Below are positions 54,480-64,000 of a stretch of 64,000 bases of DNA, piece by piece. The translations under genes and the position numbers were made by a program. Under the pieces are notes generated by a model. It ran no database searches. It saw only the letters and a program-made list of their open reading frames with translations, and was not told the origin of the DNA. Each line of letters starts with the position of its first letter. Position 1 is the stretch's first letter. The stretch is from a virus: the IMG/VR virus record IMGVR_UViG_3300026851_000001. One strand, 5' to 3'.

Positions 54480-54536
54480 TCCAACGCAACGACAACCAGG
54501 GGCTTCGGCCCCTGCGTTGTTTCTGGAGAAAGCAAA

Positions 54537-54830
54537 ATGGCTGGACTTACCAAAGAGCAGAAAGCGGCCAAGGCCCTGATGGCTAAGGCTGTGGAACTGA
54601 GCGGCGTCACCGCCGAAGAATTTGCCAAGCTGTCCGAGGATGATCAGGCAGGTTTTACCGCCAAAGCGCAGGAGGCTATCGACGCCGCTGCAGCCGAGGC
54701 AAAACGCCTGGAGGACGAAAAGGCTGCTGACAACTCCCACCTGATCAAGGTCAGCAAGGACGGCGTTGAACTCGACGTGCATCCGACCGCGCTTGCAGCG
54801 CACAAGAACCTTGGCTGGAAAGAGGTGTAA
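54537..54830 (+). CDS. Hypothetical head-associated protein (copy)
   Basis: Duplicate of 2809-3102. Confidence 0.7.
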   Translation: MAGLTKEQKAAKALMAKAVELSGVTAEEFAKLSEDDQAGFTAKAQEAIDAAAAEAKRLEDEKAADNSHLIKVSKDGVELDVHPTALAAHKNLGWKEV

Positions 54831-54833
54831 GTC

Positions 54834-55331
54834 ATGGCTCTGGTGATCGAAAACGGGAGCATCGTGGCCGGCGCCGAAAGCTTTGCCACGGCTGCCGAGC
54901 TGGTCACCTACGCGGCCAACTTCGGCCGCACAATTCCCAGCGACACGACTGCACAGGAAGCCCTGCTGCGCCGTGCCGCTTTGCAAATGAGCGCGATGTC
55001 GTGGAAGGGCGGCTTGGTCAACGAACTGCAAGCCCTGTCCTGGCCGCGCTACGACGTGTACCGCGACAACTGGCTGGTTCCTTCAAACTCCATTCCCCCG
55101 CAGATCAAGGCCGGCCAGATGGCGCTGGCTACCGAGATCCATGCCGACGACCTGGCACCGCCTGAGCTGAAGAAAGGCCCGGTAGTTCGTAACCGCGTAG
55201 AGGGTGCCGTCGACGTGCAGTATGGCCAGGCGGCCGGGTATGTGTCCCGCCCAGCAGCCACCCGCCAGTCCTACGCCCAGTTCGGCCCATTCCTGCAGTC
55301 TTCTATGCAAGTGGCCTTGGTGCGCGGCTGA
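54834..55331 (+). CDS. Head-tail adaptor (copy)
   Basis: Duplicate of 3106-3603. Confidence 0.75.
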   Translation: MALVIENGSIVAGAESFATAAELVTYAANFGRTIPSDTTAQEALLRRAALQMSAMSWKGGLVNELQALSWPRYDVYRDNWLVPSNSIPPQIKAGQMALATEIHADDLAPPELKKGPVVRNRVEGAVDVQYGQAAGYVSRPAATRQSYAQFGPFLQSSMQVALVRG

Positions 55332-55711
55332 TGGCCTTCTATGACGACATGGCCCAGGTTGCGCTGGAGCTTATAACCGAGTTCGGCTCCGAACAAACCC
55401 TGCGCGACGTGACTGCCGGCGTGTACGACGAAGTGGCAGGGGAATGGACGACCGAGCCAACCGACCTTGAGCAGCCCGCGCAGCTGATCTTGCTCGACTA
55501 CACCCTGCAGGAATCCGGCCTGATGTACGCCGAGGGATCGCAGATCCAGAAGGGCGACAAGAAGATCATCATCGCCGCCAAGGATCTAGCCTGGCCGCCT
55601 GCGCTCACCACGAAAGTGGATGTCGACGGCGTGCTCTGGCAGATCGTGAACATCAAGGAAGCCAACCCGGCAGGCACGCCGCTTGTGTACTTCTGCCAGG
55701 GGCGTAAGTGA
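55331..55711 (+). CDS. Head closure protein (copy)
   Basis: Duplicate of 3603-3983. Confidence 0.7.
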   Translation: MAFYDDMAQVALELITEFGSEQTLRDVTAGVYDEVAGEWTTEPTDLEQPAQLILLDYTLQESGLMYAEGSQIQKGDKKIIIAAKDLAWPPALTTKVDVDGVLWQIVNIKEANPAGTPLVYFCQGRK

Positions 55712-56106
55712 TGAGCTTCAAGAGCGACATGGCCAGGGCGACGCGCAAGATCGAGCAAGCGCATAACCAGATCGTCCGTACCGCGACTATCGACCTGTTC
55801 AGCGGCACGATCCGTGACACCCCGGTCGACACTGGGCGCGCCCGTGGCAACTGGGTCACCCAAGTTGATACGCCTGCCCAAGGCGTGATCGAGCGCGACG
55901 ACAAATCAGGCGCTGCAGCAATCGCTGAGGTCATCGCCAAGACGCCAGAGGGCGCCGGCCAGGAAACGACCATGGCAAATTCACTCCCGTACGTAGATCG
56001 TTTGGAAAATGGATACAGCCAGCAAGCTCCTGCTGGAATGGTCCGCAGAAACCTGGCCCGCGTTCAGCGCATCGTCCAAGCCGCCATATCGAAATTCAGG
56101 GTCTGA
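55708..56106 (+). CDS. HK97 gp10-like protein (copy)
   Basis: Duplicate of 3980-4378. Confidence 0.8.
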   Translation: MMSFKSDMARATRKIEQAHNQIVRTATIDLFSGTIRDTPVDTGRARGNWVTQVDTPAQGVIERDDKSGAAAIAEVIAKTPEGAGQETTMANSLPYVDRLENGYSQQAPAGMVRRNLARVQRIVQAAISKFRV

Positions 56107-56107
56107 C

Positions 56108-56527
56108 ATGTCCGAAGCCAAGATTCAGTCCGCACTTGTGCAGGGCCTGGTAGCTGCTGCGCTAGGGATTACCACCGGCGGCGAGGGCAAGAGCTTCACT
56201 CCGCCCAGTACCGCTACGCCATGGGCTGCCTGGTTCAACCTGCCGGCGTCCACTGACGTGGCATCGCTCGGCGTCGGCGGCAGCGACGAAACCACCGGCA
56301 TTTTCCAGGTCGATCTGAATTACCCGCTCAACGACGGCACCGCCAACATCCTCGGCGCCGTGCAGAAGCTGCGCGACTACTTCGTTGCCGGCCGCCGCCT
56401 GGTCTATCAGGGCCAGTGCGTGAAGGTCGAGCGCGTCACCCGCAACAACCTCCGGCCCGTCGACGGCTGGCAGCAAATCAACGTCTCCATCTACTACATC
56501 GCTCAAACCGTCCGCCCGGAGGTATAA
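56108..56527 (+). CDS. Tail terminator-like protein (copy)
   Basis: Duplicate of 4380-4799. Confidence 0.7.
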   Translation: MSEAKIQSALVQGLVAAALGITTGGEGKSFTPPSTATPWAAWFNLPASTDVASLGVGGSDETTGIFQVDLNYPLNDGTANILGAVQKLRDYFVAGRRLVYQGQCVKVERVTRNNLRPVDGWQQINVSIYYIAQTVRPEV

Positions 56528-56530
56528 CCC

Positions 56531-57679
56531 ATGTCCTGCTTTGGCAACGGCTCTGCCGTCAAGCTCTACTACGTGCGCGAATACGGCACGATGACTGCCG
56601 ACACCATCAGCGCGGCCGCTTCCGGCTCGACGTTCGCTGATTCCGGCTCTGGCTTCATCACGACCGGCAAGTTCGCGGTTGGCCACATCATCACAGTGTC
56701 TGGCTTTACCACTGCCGCGAACAACGGCCAGTTCAAGATCGCAACTGTTGCGGCCGGCGCGATCACCGTCACCGACATCTACGGCAACGCGGTAACCCTG
56801 GTGGACGAGGCGGCCGGCGATACCGTGACGATCACCCAGGAAGGCGGAATTCCGGCCAACCCTGAGTTCAAGCCGGTGCGCTTCGTCTCCGAAGGCCTGA
56901 GCCCGAACATCAACCAGATCGAGTCCAACGAGATTAACCAGGCCCGCCAGCGTGCGCCGAGCCGTGGCGGTACCTACAGCGTTGCCGGCGAGATCGCCGC
57001 CGAGGTCAGCTTTGCCAGCTTCGACGACCTGATCGAGGCCGCCATGCAAGGCGTGTGGGCCGCTGATGAACTGGTCATCGGCTCTACCGAGCGCAGCTTT
57101 GCGATCCTCGAGCGCCACACCGACATCAGCGCCGACTACGTGTATCGCGGCAGCCGCGTGGCCACCATGAACATCGCCGCGCCGCTGGGCGACAAGGCCA
57201 CCATCACCTTCGGCATGCTCGGCACCAAGGCCGAGGCCTACACCGTGCCAGGTGGCGCCACCTTCGCCTCAGCGACCACCAGCGACATGATGGTGACCAC
57301 CAACGGTTCGTTCACTGAGGACGGCGACGCGATCACCTACGCCACCGAGTGGAACATGACCCTCGACAACGGCATGGAAGCGGCCTTCTCCCTGTTCCAA
57401 CGCGAGGCCTATTGCGTCACCAACGGCATCGCCTCCGTCAGCGGCACCATGAGCGCCTACCTGAAGGACGGCACCCTGTGGGCCAAGGTGCTGAACGAGA
57501 CCGAGACCAGCCACACCGTTGTGCTGGAAGAGGGCGCCGACAGTTACACCATCGAGCTGCCGAAGGTTCGCTACACCCAGGGCCAGAAGCAGGTCAGCGG
57601 CCCTGGCGCGGTGATCCCGCAGTACACCTACTCGGCCGGCTATGACGGCACCACCACCCTGCGCATCACCCGGAGCTAA
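56531..57679 (+). CDS. Major tail tube protein (copy)
   Basis: Duplicate of 4803-5951. Confidence 0.85.
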   Translation: MSCFGNGSAVKLYYVREYGTMTADTISAAASGSTFADSGSGFITTGKFAVGHIITVSGFTTAANNGQFKIATVAAGAITVTDIYGNAVTLVDEAAGDTVTITQEGGIPANPEFKPVRFVSEGLSPNINQIESNEINQARQRAPSRGGTYSVAGEIAAEVSFASFDDLIEAAMQGVWAADELVIGSTERSFAILERHTDISADYVYRGSRVATMNIAAPLGDKATITFGMLGTKAEAYTVPGGATFASATTSDMMVTTNGSFTEDGDAITYATEWNMTLDNGMEAAFSLFQREAYCVTNGIASVSGTMSAYLKDGTLWAKVLNETETSHTVVLEEGADSYTIELPKVRYTQGQKQVSGPGAVIPQYTYSAGYDGTTTLRITRS

Positions 57680-57681
57680 GC

Positions 57682-58113
57682 ATGACGGGAATTGACGCTT
57701 TCAAGACGCGCGGCAAGGCGAACGAAGGGATTCGTATCACCCTGTCGCAGCCGGACGGCACGCCGACCGAGCATTGGATGCAGGTCCGGTCGGTCTGGTC
57801 GGATGACTACCAGGCTGCACGCTCTGAGCTGATCCGCCAGGCCATTGAGGACGGCAAGCGCCTGGCCGAAGCCAAGCCGGAAGAAGCGGCCGAACTGAAG
57901 CATGAGGCCGACCGCCGCCGCCGCGCCAAACTGTGCGCCTCGCTGATTGCCGGATGGTCGTTCGAAGATCTGGAGTTCAGCGAAGAAGCCGCCGCCGAGT
58001 TCCTGCTTGAAGCGCCGCAGATTCTGGTGCACATCGAGAAGATTGCCGAGGACGACCGGCGTTTTTTCGCGAACGGATCAGCCAGCTTGTCGAATGGGGA
58101 AAGTCCGAGCTGA
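57682..58113 (+). CDS. Tail assembly chaperone (copy)
   Basis: Duplicate of 5954-6385. Confidence 0.85.
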   Translation: MTGIDAFKTRGKANEGIRITLSQPDGTPTEHWMQVRSVWSDDYQAARSELIRQAIEDGKRLAEAKPEEAAELKHEADRRRRAKLCASLIAGWSFEDLEFSEEAAAEFLLEAPQILVHIEKIAEDDRRFFANGSASLSNGESPS

Positions 58114-58376
58114 TCCTGCTGCGCCCGCCTCCCGGTTCGGATGAGCCACTGCGCGAGCATCTGCAGCGAATCGAGAAAGCCACCGGGCACCAGCCAAAGG
58201 AACTGGCCGATCAGCCCGAATGCCCCGCCGAACTCTCCTACCTGTGGGAATGGTTCTGGCAACTCCCCCGCAGCTTCAACTTCACCGAAATGTTCCATTG
58301 GTCTCAGCTCACCCGCCGCAACCTGCGCGCTTGGGAGGCTGAGGTATTGGCCGATCTGCAGCGAGTCTGGATATGA
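58062..58376 (+). CDS. -1 frameshift extension (copy)
   Basis: Duplicate of 6334-6648. Confidence 0.8.
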   Translation, partial: FFRERISQLVEWGKSELILLRPPPGSDEPLREHLQRIEKATGHQPKELADQPECPAELSYLWEWFWQLPRSFNFTEMFHWSQLTRRNLRAWEAEVLADLQRVWI

Positions 58377-60826
58377 CCGAATACGCTAAGCTTGTCGTCA
58401 GCGTCGACAGCCGCCAGGCACGCACTGCGGATGCAGACCTTGACCGACTTGGGCGGACGGCTGGCCGTACTGAATCGGCGACCAACCAGCTTACCGGTGC
58501 GTTCCGGCGCCTGGCTGGTCCGCTTGCGGCTGTAATCAGCGCGCGGGAGATCGCCCAAGCTGCTGAGAACTACACCACCCTGACGAACCGTCTGCGCCTG
58601 GTTACCAATGGCACGGAAGAGCTGGTAGCGGCGCAGGATGCTGTTTTCAGGATCGCCCAGGAATCACGCCAGCCACTGGCCGCGACTGCTGAGCTGTACC
58701 AGCGCATTGCCGCCAACTCGCAAGAGCTTGGCTTGTCGGCCAACGAGATCGTGTCCGTCGTGGATACGGTCAACAAGACGCTCGCCATCAGCGGCAGCAG
58801 CGCGGCAGCAGCGTCCGGTGCGCTCGTCCAGTTGGGCCAGGCCTTCGCGTCCGGACAACTGCGCGGCGAAGAGCTGAACGCCGTTCTGGAGGCTGCGCCA
58901 CCGCTGGCCAAGGCCATTGCTGACGGCCTCGGCGTAACCGTGGGCGAACTGCGCAAACTCGGCGCAGACGGCCAGCTCACCGCCGATGCTGTGGCCCAGG
59001 CCATCATCAAGAGTGGCGAAGCGATTGATCAGTCCTTCGGTAACATCCAGACCACTGGTGGCCAGGCACTCACCGTACTGGGCAACAGCCTCACCAAGGT
59101 GATTGGCGAGCTTGACGGCGCAACCGGTGCCAGCGCGCTGTTTGCTGATTCCGTGGTTGGCCTGGCCAGCTATCTGGATTCAGGCCAGCTCACTGACGGC
59201 CTGATCGAGACCTTCAACATCTGGTCGGCAAGCATCGGCGCCATTGGCAACGACATCGCGTCGCTCGAGCTTGAGTTTGACGGCCTGCAGGAGAATGGCA
59301 GCAGCGTCGCGTCCTTCCTCGCTGATGCTTTCCAGCAGATGCCGGCCAACCTGCGCGCCGGGGTGCAGATCGCCACAGTAGAAGTGGCCTCCCTATTCGA
59401 TAAGGCCGTTGCCTACGCCCAGTACGCTGGCAGTGCCATCAAGGCGGCATTCACCGATGCGACAGAGGCGCAAGCGGCGCAAGAGCTTGAGCAGACGCTG
59501 ATCCGCATCAACGGTGTGCGTGGCGAAAGCCTGGACAGCATCCTGAGCGAGCGCGACGCGATCCTCCAGGCTGCCGAGGCAAACCGCCAGCGCGCGGCAG
59601 AAGAGCGCAAGCAGCGCGACGCCGACCGCGCCGCTCGCCAAGCGCAGATCGCAGAGCTTCGCAAGGGGCTGCAAGGACGCGATATCAGCCTTGGCGGTGC
59701 CGGTGGTGCTGACAAGGCAGCCAAGGAGGCGCAGCGCACCGCCGAGCGGTTGCAGCAGCTGTACCAGAGCACAGAGCAGGGCCTTGCGCGTCAGGTCGCA
59801 CTGTTCGGCCAAACCACAGAAGCCGCCCGCGTTCGCTATGAGGTCGAGAACGGCGAACTCGCCAAGCTCAATGGCGCGCAGCAGGAAAGGCTGATCGGTC
59901 TTGCCGAGGAAATCGACAAGCTCAACCAGATCAAGAAGGACCGCGAAGAGGCTGCGGCGACTGAACAATACACCGCCGCACTACGCGACCAGATCACAGC
60001 CCGCCGCAACGCCATCGACATCGAGATTGAGGCCATTGGCGTAGGAGAGCGTCAGGCCGAGACGCTGCGTCAGTTGAACGAGCTTGAGTTTGAGTATGCC
60101 CGCCGTCTGGAAGAACTTTCCCGCGCACAGGGCACATCTGCCGCCCTTAGCGCTGAAGCCTATCAAGCCCGAGTCCAGGCCCTGCGATCAGCAATGGAAG
60201 AAGAGGTTCGCCTGGTCGAAGAGGGCGAGCGCCGCAAGGAAGAAGCGCGCGCCAACGGCATAAATGGCGTGAACAAGGCCACGCAGGACTACATCAACAA
60301 CGCCAAAGACCTCGCCTCGCAGTTTGAGGGCGTGACCAATACGACCTTGAACGGGCTCGAGGAAGGCATTGCACAGTTCGTGACAACCGGGAAACTGAGC
60401 TTTACCGACCTTGCCAACTCCATCATTGCCGACCTTGCGCGCATTGCTGCTCGCCAGTTGGTTTCGAATGCCGCCTCCGGCCTGCTTGGCGCATTTGGTG
60501 GTGGAGCCGGTGCCGCTGCAGGCGCTGGCGGCGGAGGGGCTGGGCTGGCTGGTCTGTTCGCAAGCTTCGCCGGCTTCTTTGACTCTGGCGGGCGTATCCC
60601 AACTGGCGGCTGGGGCATCGTCGGCGAGCGCGGACCTGAAATCGTGCGCGGCCCCGCCAACGTCACTGGGCGTGAGGAAACGGCGCGCCAGATGACCACG
60701 AACCGCAACATGAGCCTCACGCAGAACCTCTACCTACAGGGGCGCGCTGATAACCGCACGATGTCCCAGGCGGCAAACGCGGCCGCTCGCGAACAGCGCA
60801 TCATTCAAGCCAGGTTCGGGGGCTGA
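58373..60826 (+). CDS. Tape measure protein (copy)
   Basis: Duplicate of 6645-9098. Confidence 0.95.
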   Translation: MTEYAKLVVSVDSRQARTADADLDRLGRTAGRTESATNQLTGAFRRLAGPLAAVISAREIAQAAENYTTLTNRLRLVTNGTEELVAAQDAVFRIAQESRQPLAATAELYQRIAANSQELGLSANEIVSVVDTVNKTLAISGSSAAAASGALVQLGQAFASGQLRGEELNAVLEAAPPLAKAIADGLGVTVGELRKLGADGQLTADAVAQAIIKSGEAIDQSFGNIQTTGGQALTVLGNSLTKVIGELDGATGASALFADSVVGLASYLDSGQLTDGLIETFNIWSASIGAIGNDIASLELEFDGLQENGSSVASFLADAFQQMPANLRAGVQIATVEVASLFDKAVAYAQYAGSAIKAAFTDATEAQAAQELEQTLIRINGVRGESLDSILSERDAILQAAEANRQRAAEERKQRDADRAARQAQIAELRKGLQGRDISLGGAGGADKAAKEAQRTAERLQQLYQSTEQGLARQVALFGQTTEAARVRYEVENGELAKLNGAQQERLIGLAEEIDKLNQIKKDREEAAATEQYTAALRDQITARRNAIDIEIEAIGVGERQAETLRQLNELEFEYARRLEELSRAQGTSAALSAEAYQARVQALRSAMEEEVRLVEEGERRKEEARANGINGVNKATQDYINNAKDLASQFEGVTNTTLNGLEEGIAQFVTTGKLSFTDLANSIIADLARIAARQLVSNAASGLLGAFGGGAGAAAGAGGGGAGLAGLFASFAGFFDSGGRIPTGGWGIVGERGPEIVRGPANVTGREETARQMTTNRNMSLTQNLYLQGRADNRTMSQAANAAAREQRIIQARFGG

Positions 60827-60829
60827 ACC

Positions 60830-61423
60830 ATGTTCAATGAAGCAAGATTGCTGGACAAGGTTGCCTACGGCTCGGAGTTCGGGCAGGAGTTCAATACCCG
60901 AGTGAAGGCTCTGCGCTCTGGCGTTGAGCGCAGGAATGCTAACTGGTCTATGCCGCTGGGCAAGTACCGCGTGCTGTACGACCGCCTTAACGCGCCTGAC
61001 CACCTATTGGTTGCTCGCGCCCACATGGCTTGCATGGGATCGCTGATCGCCTTCAGGTTCAAAGACTGGACAGACTTCGAAGCAAATGCAGAAAGCCTTG
61101 GCGAGGCCACTGGTGCGGAGCAGCAGGTACAACTGGTCAAGGCCTACCCGTTCGGTTCGATAACGCTCTCGCGCGTCATCAAGAAGCCGGTGAATGGGTC
61201 GGTGACCATCTACGCCAACGGATCGCCGATCAGCGCGACAATCGACTACACGACCGGCGTCGCGACCTTTACCGCCACAGATGGCGACGCAATCACCTGG
61301 TCTGGTCAGTTCGACATTCCCGTGCGGTTTGAGTCAGACCGCCTGGATGTCTCCGCAGATTCGCGCGGGCAGAATGGCCTGATCCTCTCGTCCGATGTTG
61401 GCTTGGTCGAGGTGCGTCTGTGA
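60830..61423 (+). CDS. Distal tail protein (copy)
   Basis: Duplicate of 9102-9695. Confidence 0.85.
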   Translation: MFNEARLLDKVAYGSEFGQEFNTRVKALRSGVERRNANWSMPLGKYRVLYDRLNAPDHLLVARAHMACMGSLIAFRFKDWTDFEANAESLGEATGAEQQVQLVKAYPFGSITLSRVIKKPVNGSVTIYANGSPISATIDYTTGVATFTATDGDAITWSGQFDIPVRFESDRLDVSADSRGQNGLILSSDVGLVEVRL

Positions 61424-62334
61424 GGCGTATCCCTGACGCGCTGCGCGCACACCTGCAGCAGCCTGTCACAACGACGTGTCGCCTGCTGAAAATCACGCTG
61501 GCGGACGGCCGCCAGTTCGGCATGACGACCTTGGATCGAGCCGTGACTTACCAGGGCGTTGAGTACAGCGCAATCAACGGCATCAATACGTCGATCATCG
61601 CGACCGACACCGGGCTAAGCGTAGACAACGCAGAGGCCACCGCTCTTCTTTCTTCCGATATTGAAGGGATCACGGTCGAGATGGCCCTGGCCGGCGATCT
61701 TGATGACGCCCAATGGGAAATGATGCTGATCAACTGGGCCGATATCTCCATGGGCCACATGGTGATCGACGCGGGCGATATCGGCGAAGTGCGGATCGTA
61801 GACGATATGGTCTACATCCCGGAGCTGCTGAGCTTCGCAATGCGGCTGCAGCAGAGCATCGGGCATGTCTGGTCGCGCCGCTGCCGTGCGATTTTCGGGA
61901 CTCCGGCGAACAGCCAGACAGGTTGCGGGGTTGATGCTGAATCCATGTGGCAGGCCGGCGAGGTAACGGGCATTGGCGATGAGCCTCAGCGGGTGTTCGC
62001 TGACTCCGGTTTATCAATGGACCCTGAGCCGGTACCTGGCCGCCTCCGCTGGCTGACTGGCCCCAACACATCCAATCGTCTGTATCAGGTCGAGGCCTAC
62101 AGTGCTGTCAGCGGCACCATCGCTCTGCTTGAGCCGGTGCCGTTCCCTGTCGCCGTTGGCCACACATTCGAGATCCGCCGCGACTGTAACAAGTCGCCGA
62201 GCAACTGCATCGGCTACAGCAATCTTCTCAACTACAAGGGAGAGCCATTTATCCCGGTCGGCGATGGCCTGGAGACGATGACGCCCAGTGCGCAGGTGTT
62301 CGGGGGTCTGAGTGGATCAGCAATCGTCGATTGA
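61420..62334 (+). CDS. Baseplate hub / tail-tip protein (copy)
   Basis: Duplicate of 9692-10606. Confidence 0.85.
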   Translation: MRRIPDALRAHLQQPVTTTCRLLKITLADGRQFGMTTLDRAVTYQGVEYSAINGINTSIIATDTGLSVDNAEATALLSSDIEGITVEMALAGDLDDAQWEMMLINWADISMGHMVIDAGDIGEVRIVDDMVYIPELLSFAMRLQQSIGHVWSRRCRAIFGTPANSQTGCGVDAESMWQAGEVTGIGDEPQRVFADSGLSMDPEPVPGRLRWLTGPNTSNRLYQVEAYSAVSGTIALLEPVPFPVAVGHTFEIRRDCNKSPSNCIGYSNLLNYKGEPFIPVGDGLETMTPSAQVFGGLSGSAIVD

Positions 62335-62737
62335 TGCCTGCATTGCCGAGGCGCGCAGCTATATCGGTGTCAAGTGGCGGCACCGTGGGCGCTCAAGGTT
62401 CGGGATCGACTGCATCGGTCTGCTCGTCCGTGCGTGCGCGGCTGGTGGAATCCAGATGCGTGATCGCGTCGACTATGGCCGTGAGCCCTGGAAAGACGGC
62501 CTGGAACGCGAGATGCGAGAGCACTTTGGCGAACCAGTCAATGACCTTGCGGCCGGAGATGTGGTGCTGATGCGCTGGGACGAGCGGCCAGAGCCTTGCC
62601 ACGTCGGCATCATCGGCTCAGACCAGTACGGACTCACGCTGATTCACAGCTACAGCATGATCAGCGTGACAGAGCACGGCATTGACGACGCCTGGCGCAA
62701 ACGAATCGTGATGGTGTTCAGACCATGGCACAGGTAG
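62312..62737 (+). CDS. NlpC/P60 peptidase (copy)
   Basis: Duplicate of 10584-11009. Confidence 0.9.
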   Translation: MDQQSSIDACIAEARSYIGVKWRHRGRSRFGIDCIGLLVRACAAGGIQMRDRVDYGREPWKDGLEREMREHFGEPVNDLAAGDVVLMRWDERPEPCHVGIIGSDQYGLTLIHSYSMISVTEHGIDDAWRKRIVMVFRPWHR

Positions 62738-63747
62738 CGGTAGGTGTAGCCGGCGCAGTAGCCGGCTTTTTTATTGGTGGCCCTGCCGGCGCCTTCTACG
62801 GGTTCTCAGCCGGTATGGCGCTCGGAGGGATGCTGTTCTCCAAGACCAAACCGATACGCCAGACGCTCGGGCAGATCGCCAACCAGACAGCGAAGGAAGG
62901 CGACCCAAGAGTCATTGTGTGGGGCAGGGTGCGGCCCATCGGCGGGAACATCATTCACTGCCAGGCGCCGGTCAAGCGCTTTGTCACCACGTCCAGTAGC
63001 GGCGGCGGCAAGGGCGGCTCAAAGAAGAAACAGGAGACGAAGACAGAGCACGTTTATCGGACCTACGCCATTGGCGTATGCGAAGGTCCGATCACTGCAT
63101 TCACGCGCATCTGGCGCAACAACAAGCTGGTCTACGACGGGCGTGGCACGTCATGGGGCGCCGCAAACAATCACGTCTTCTTGGGCAAGTTCAGGCTCTA
63201 CTTGGGCGCCTGGAACCAGATGCCGGACCCGACGCTACAGGCTATATGGGGCAGCGGTAATGTCCCGGCCTATCGCGGCACGGCATACATGGTGTCGATC
63301 GACGAAGACCTGACCGACCAGGGCGGAATGGTGCCTCAATGGCAGTTCGAGGTAGAGCGCGCAGAGGGTAACTTTTTATCGTCGAGACCGTATTCCGCAG
63401 AACAGGAAGACTCGATGTATACGGACGGACTTGCAATCGGAGGCGCTTACCCGCCCAGTCTCGTTGACGAAATGGTCACGGCAAGTCTTCCGCTTGATGG
63501 GGAACTCAGAAGTATTTATCAAGAATACGCTGAATGGCAGATTGAAGAGATTAATCTATCCGGCTCGCCCTTAGACGGTATATTGACCGATGCTTTCAGG
63601 CAATATACCGACTGGCCGCTTGAGGAAATGCAACTAGGCGGTGCCCCGCAAAATGGCAATCTCGACGTCAAGTTGATCGGATACACAGAATGGCAGATTG
63701 AAGAGATTAATCTATTCGGCTCGCCGTTAGACGGAACTTTAACTTGA
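62725..63747 (+). CDS. Tail-tip N-terminal part with repeats (copy)
   Basis: Duplicate of 10997-12019. Confidence 0.75.
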   Translation: MAQVAVGVAGAVAGFFIGGPAGAFYGFSAGMALGGMLFSKTKPIRQTLGQIANQTAKEGDPRVIVWGRVRPIGGNIIHCQAPVKRFVTTSSSGGGKGGSKKKQETKTEHVYRTYAIGVCEGPITAFTRIWRNNKLVYDGRGTSWGAANNHVFLGKFRLYLGAWNQMPDPTLQAIWGSGNVPAYRGTAYMVSIDEDLTDQGGMVPQWQFEVERAEGNFLSSRPYSAEQEDSMYTDGLAIGGAYPPSLVDEMVTASLPLDGELRSIYQEYAEWQIEEINLSGSPLDGILTDAFRQYTDWPLEEMQLGGAPQNGNLDVKLIGYTEWQIEEINLFGSPLDGTLT

Positions 63748-63757
63748 GGTTTACATT

Positions 63758-64000
63758 ATGAATATATGGGTTCCCAAATTTAAAATTATTGAGCCGGATA
63801 GAGAGATCCCTGTTGCATCTGGCGGTTTAGCAGGTGAGTTTCAATTGACCGCCAGTGCACCAGGTAGGGCGCCGCGTAAAAGCCCATGGTTTAGTAATCT
63901 CATATTGAATAACGGTCTTGATTCTGCTGGTTCAACGCCTGCTTTACTTCAAAGGTGTGCAGTCGGCACAGGCACAACCGCGCCAAACATTGCGCAGAAC
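63758..64000 (+). CDS. 5' part of virion structural protein (copy, truncated by window end)
   Basis: Duplicate of the start of 12030-13025. Confidence 0.7.
   Translation, partial: MNIWVPKFKIIEPDREIPVASGGLAGEFQLTASAPGRAPRKSPWFSNLILNNGLDSAGSTPALLQRCAVGTGTTAPNIAQN

Larger units (their letters stand above)
51729..64000 (+). repeat. Direct repeat copy 2 of 1-12272
   Basis: Identical ORFs at offset 51,728. Confidence 0.97.

Noticed and set aside
1-64000. CRISPR array, IS element, DNA methyltransferase, acr-aca locus
   Set aside because: No regularly spaced repeats, transposase, methyltransferase motifs or small HTH aca-like gene recognised. Unrecognised Acrs among the small ORFs cannot be excluded.
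51729-64000. 12.3-kb repeat as biological terminal redundancy
   Set aside because: About 24% of the genome is large for headful redundancy, and the repeat ends exactly at the window edge; wrap-around is the simpler explanation.

Overview
The window holds one complete temperate Pseudomonas-type siphophage genome of 51,728 bp, read as a circle. Bases 1-12272 recur at 51729-64000 (offset 51,728). The layout is lambdoid. Head and tail genes run on + (1-16.7 kb), followed by endolysin and spanins, an att region, and int/xis. An early-left operon on - (19.4-32.3 kb) carries SSB, exonuclease, ERF, a tRNA(CAT) and a cluster of structured RNAs. It is followed by two cI-linked moron genes, the cI/cro switch with 14-bp operators, and replication and nin-like genes. 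A Q-like antiterminator precedes the late operon: lipoprotein, tRNA-Thr, tRNA-Asn, holin, two putative proteases, terminase, portal, a free-standing GIY-YIG endonuclease and a MuF head protein. The points most worth follow-up are these. (1) There are two attP-like sites side by side but only one integrase: an orphan tmRNA-type site and an int-adjacent site copying the 5' end of a YffB/ArsC-family gene. (2) An RNA cluster at 30.6-31.0 kb (tRNA, degenerate tRNA inside a long stem, multi-branch RNA) sits next to a minimal kinase-like ORF. (3) An unlisted 58-aa Rmf-like ORF. (4) Three GGAU-loop hairpins in the scaffold leader. (5) A tail-tip gene split by an AT-richer cassette. All family assignments are from motif recognition and memory; no searches were run.
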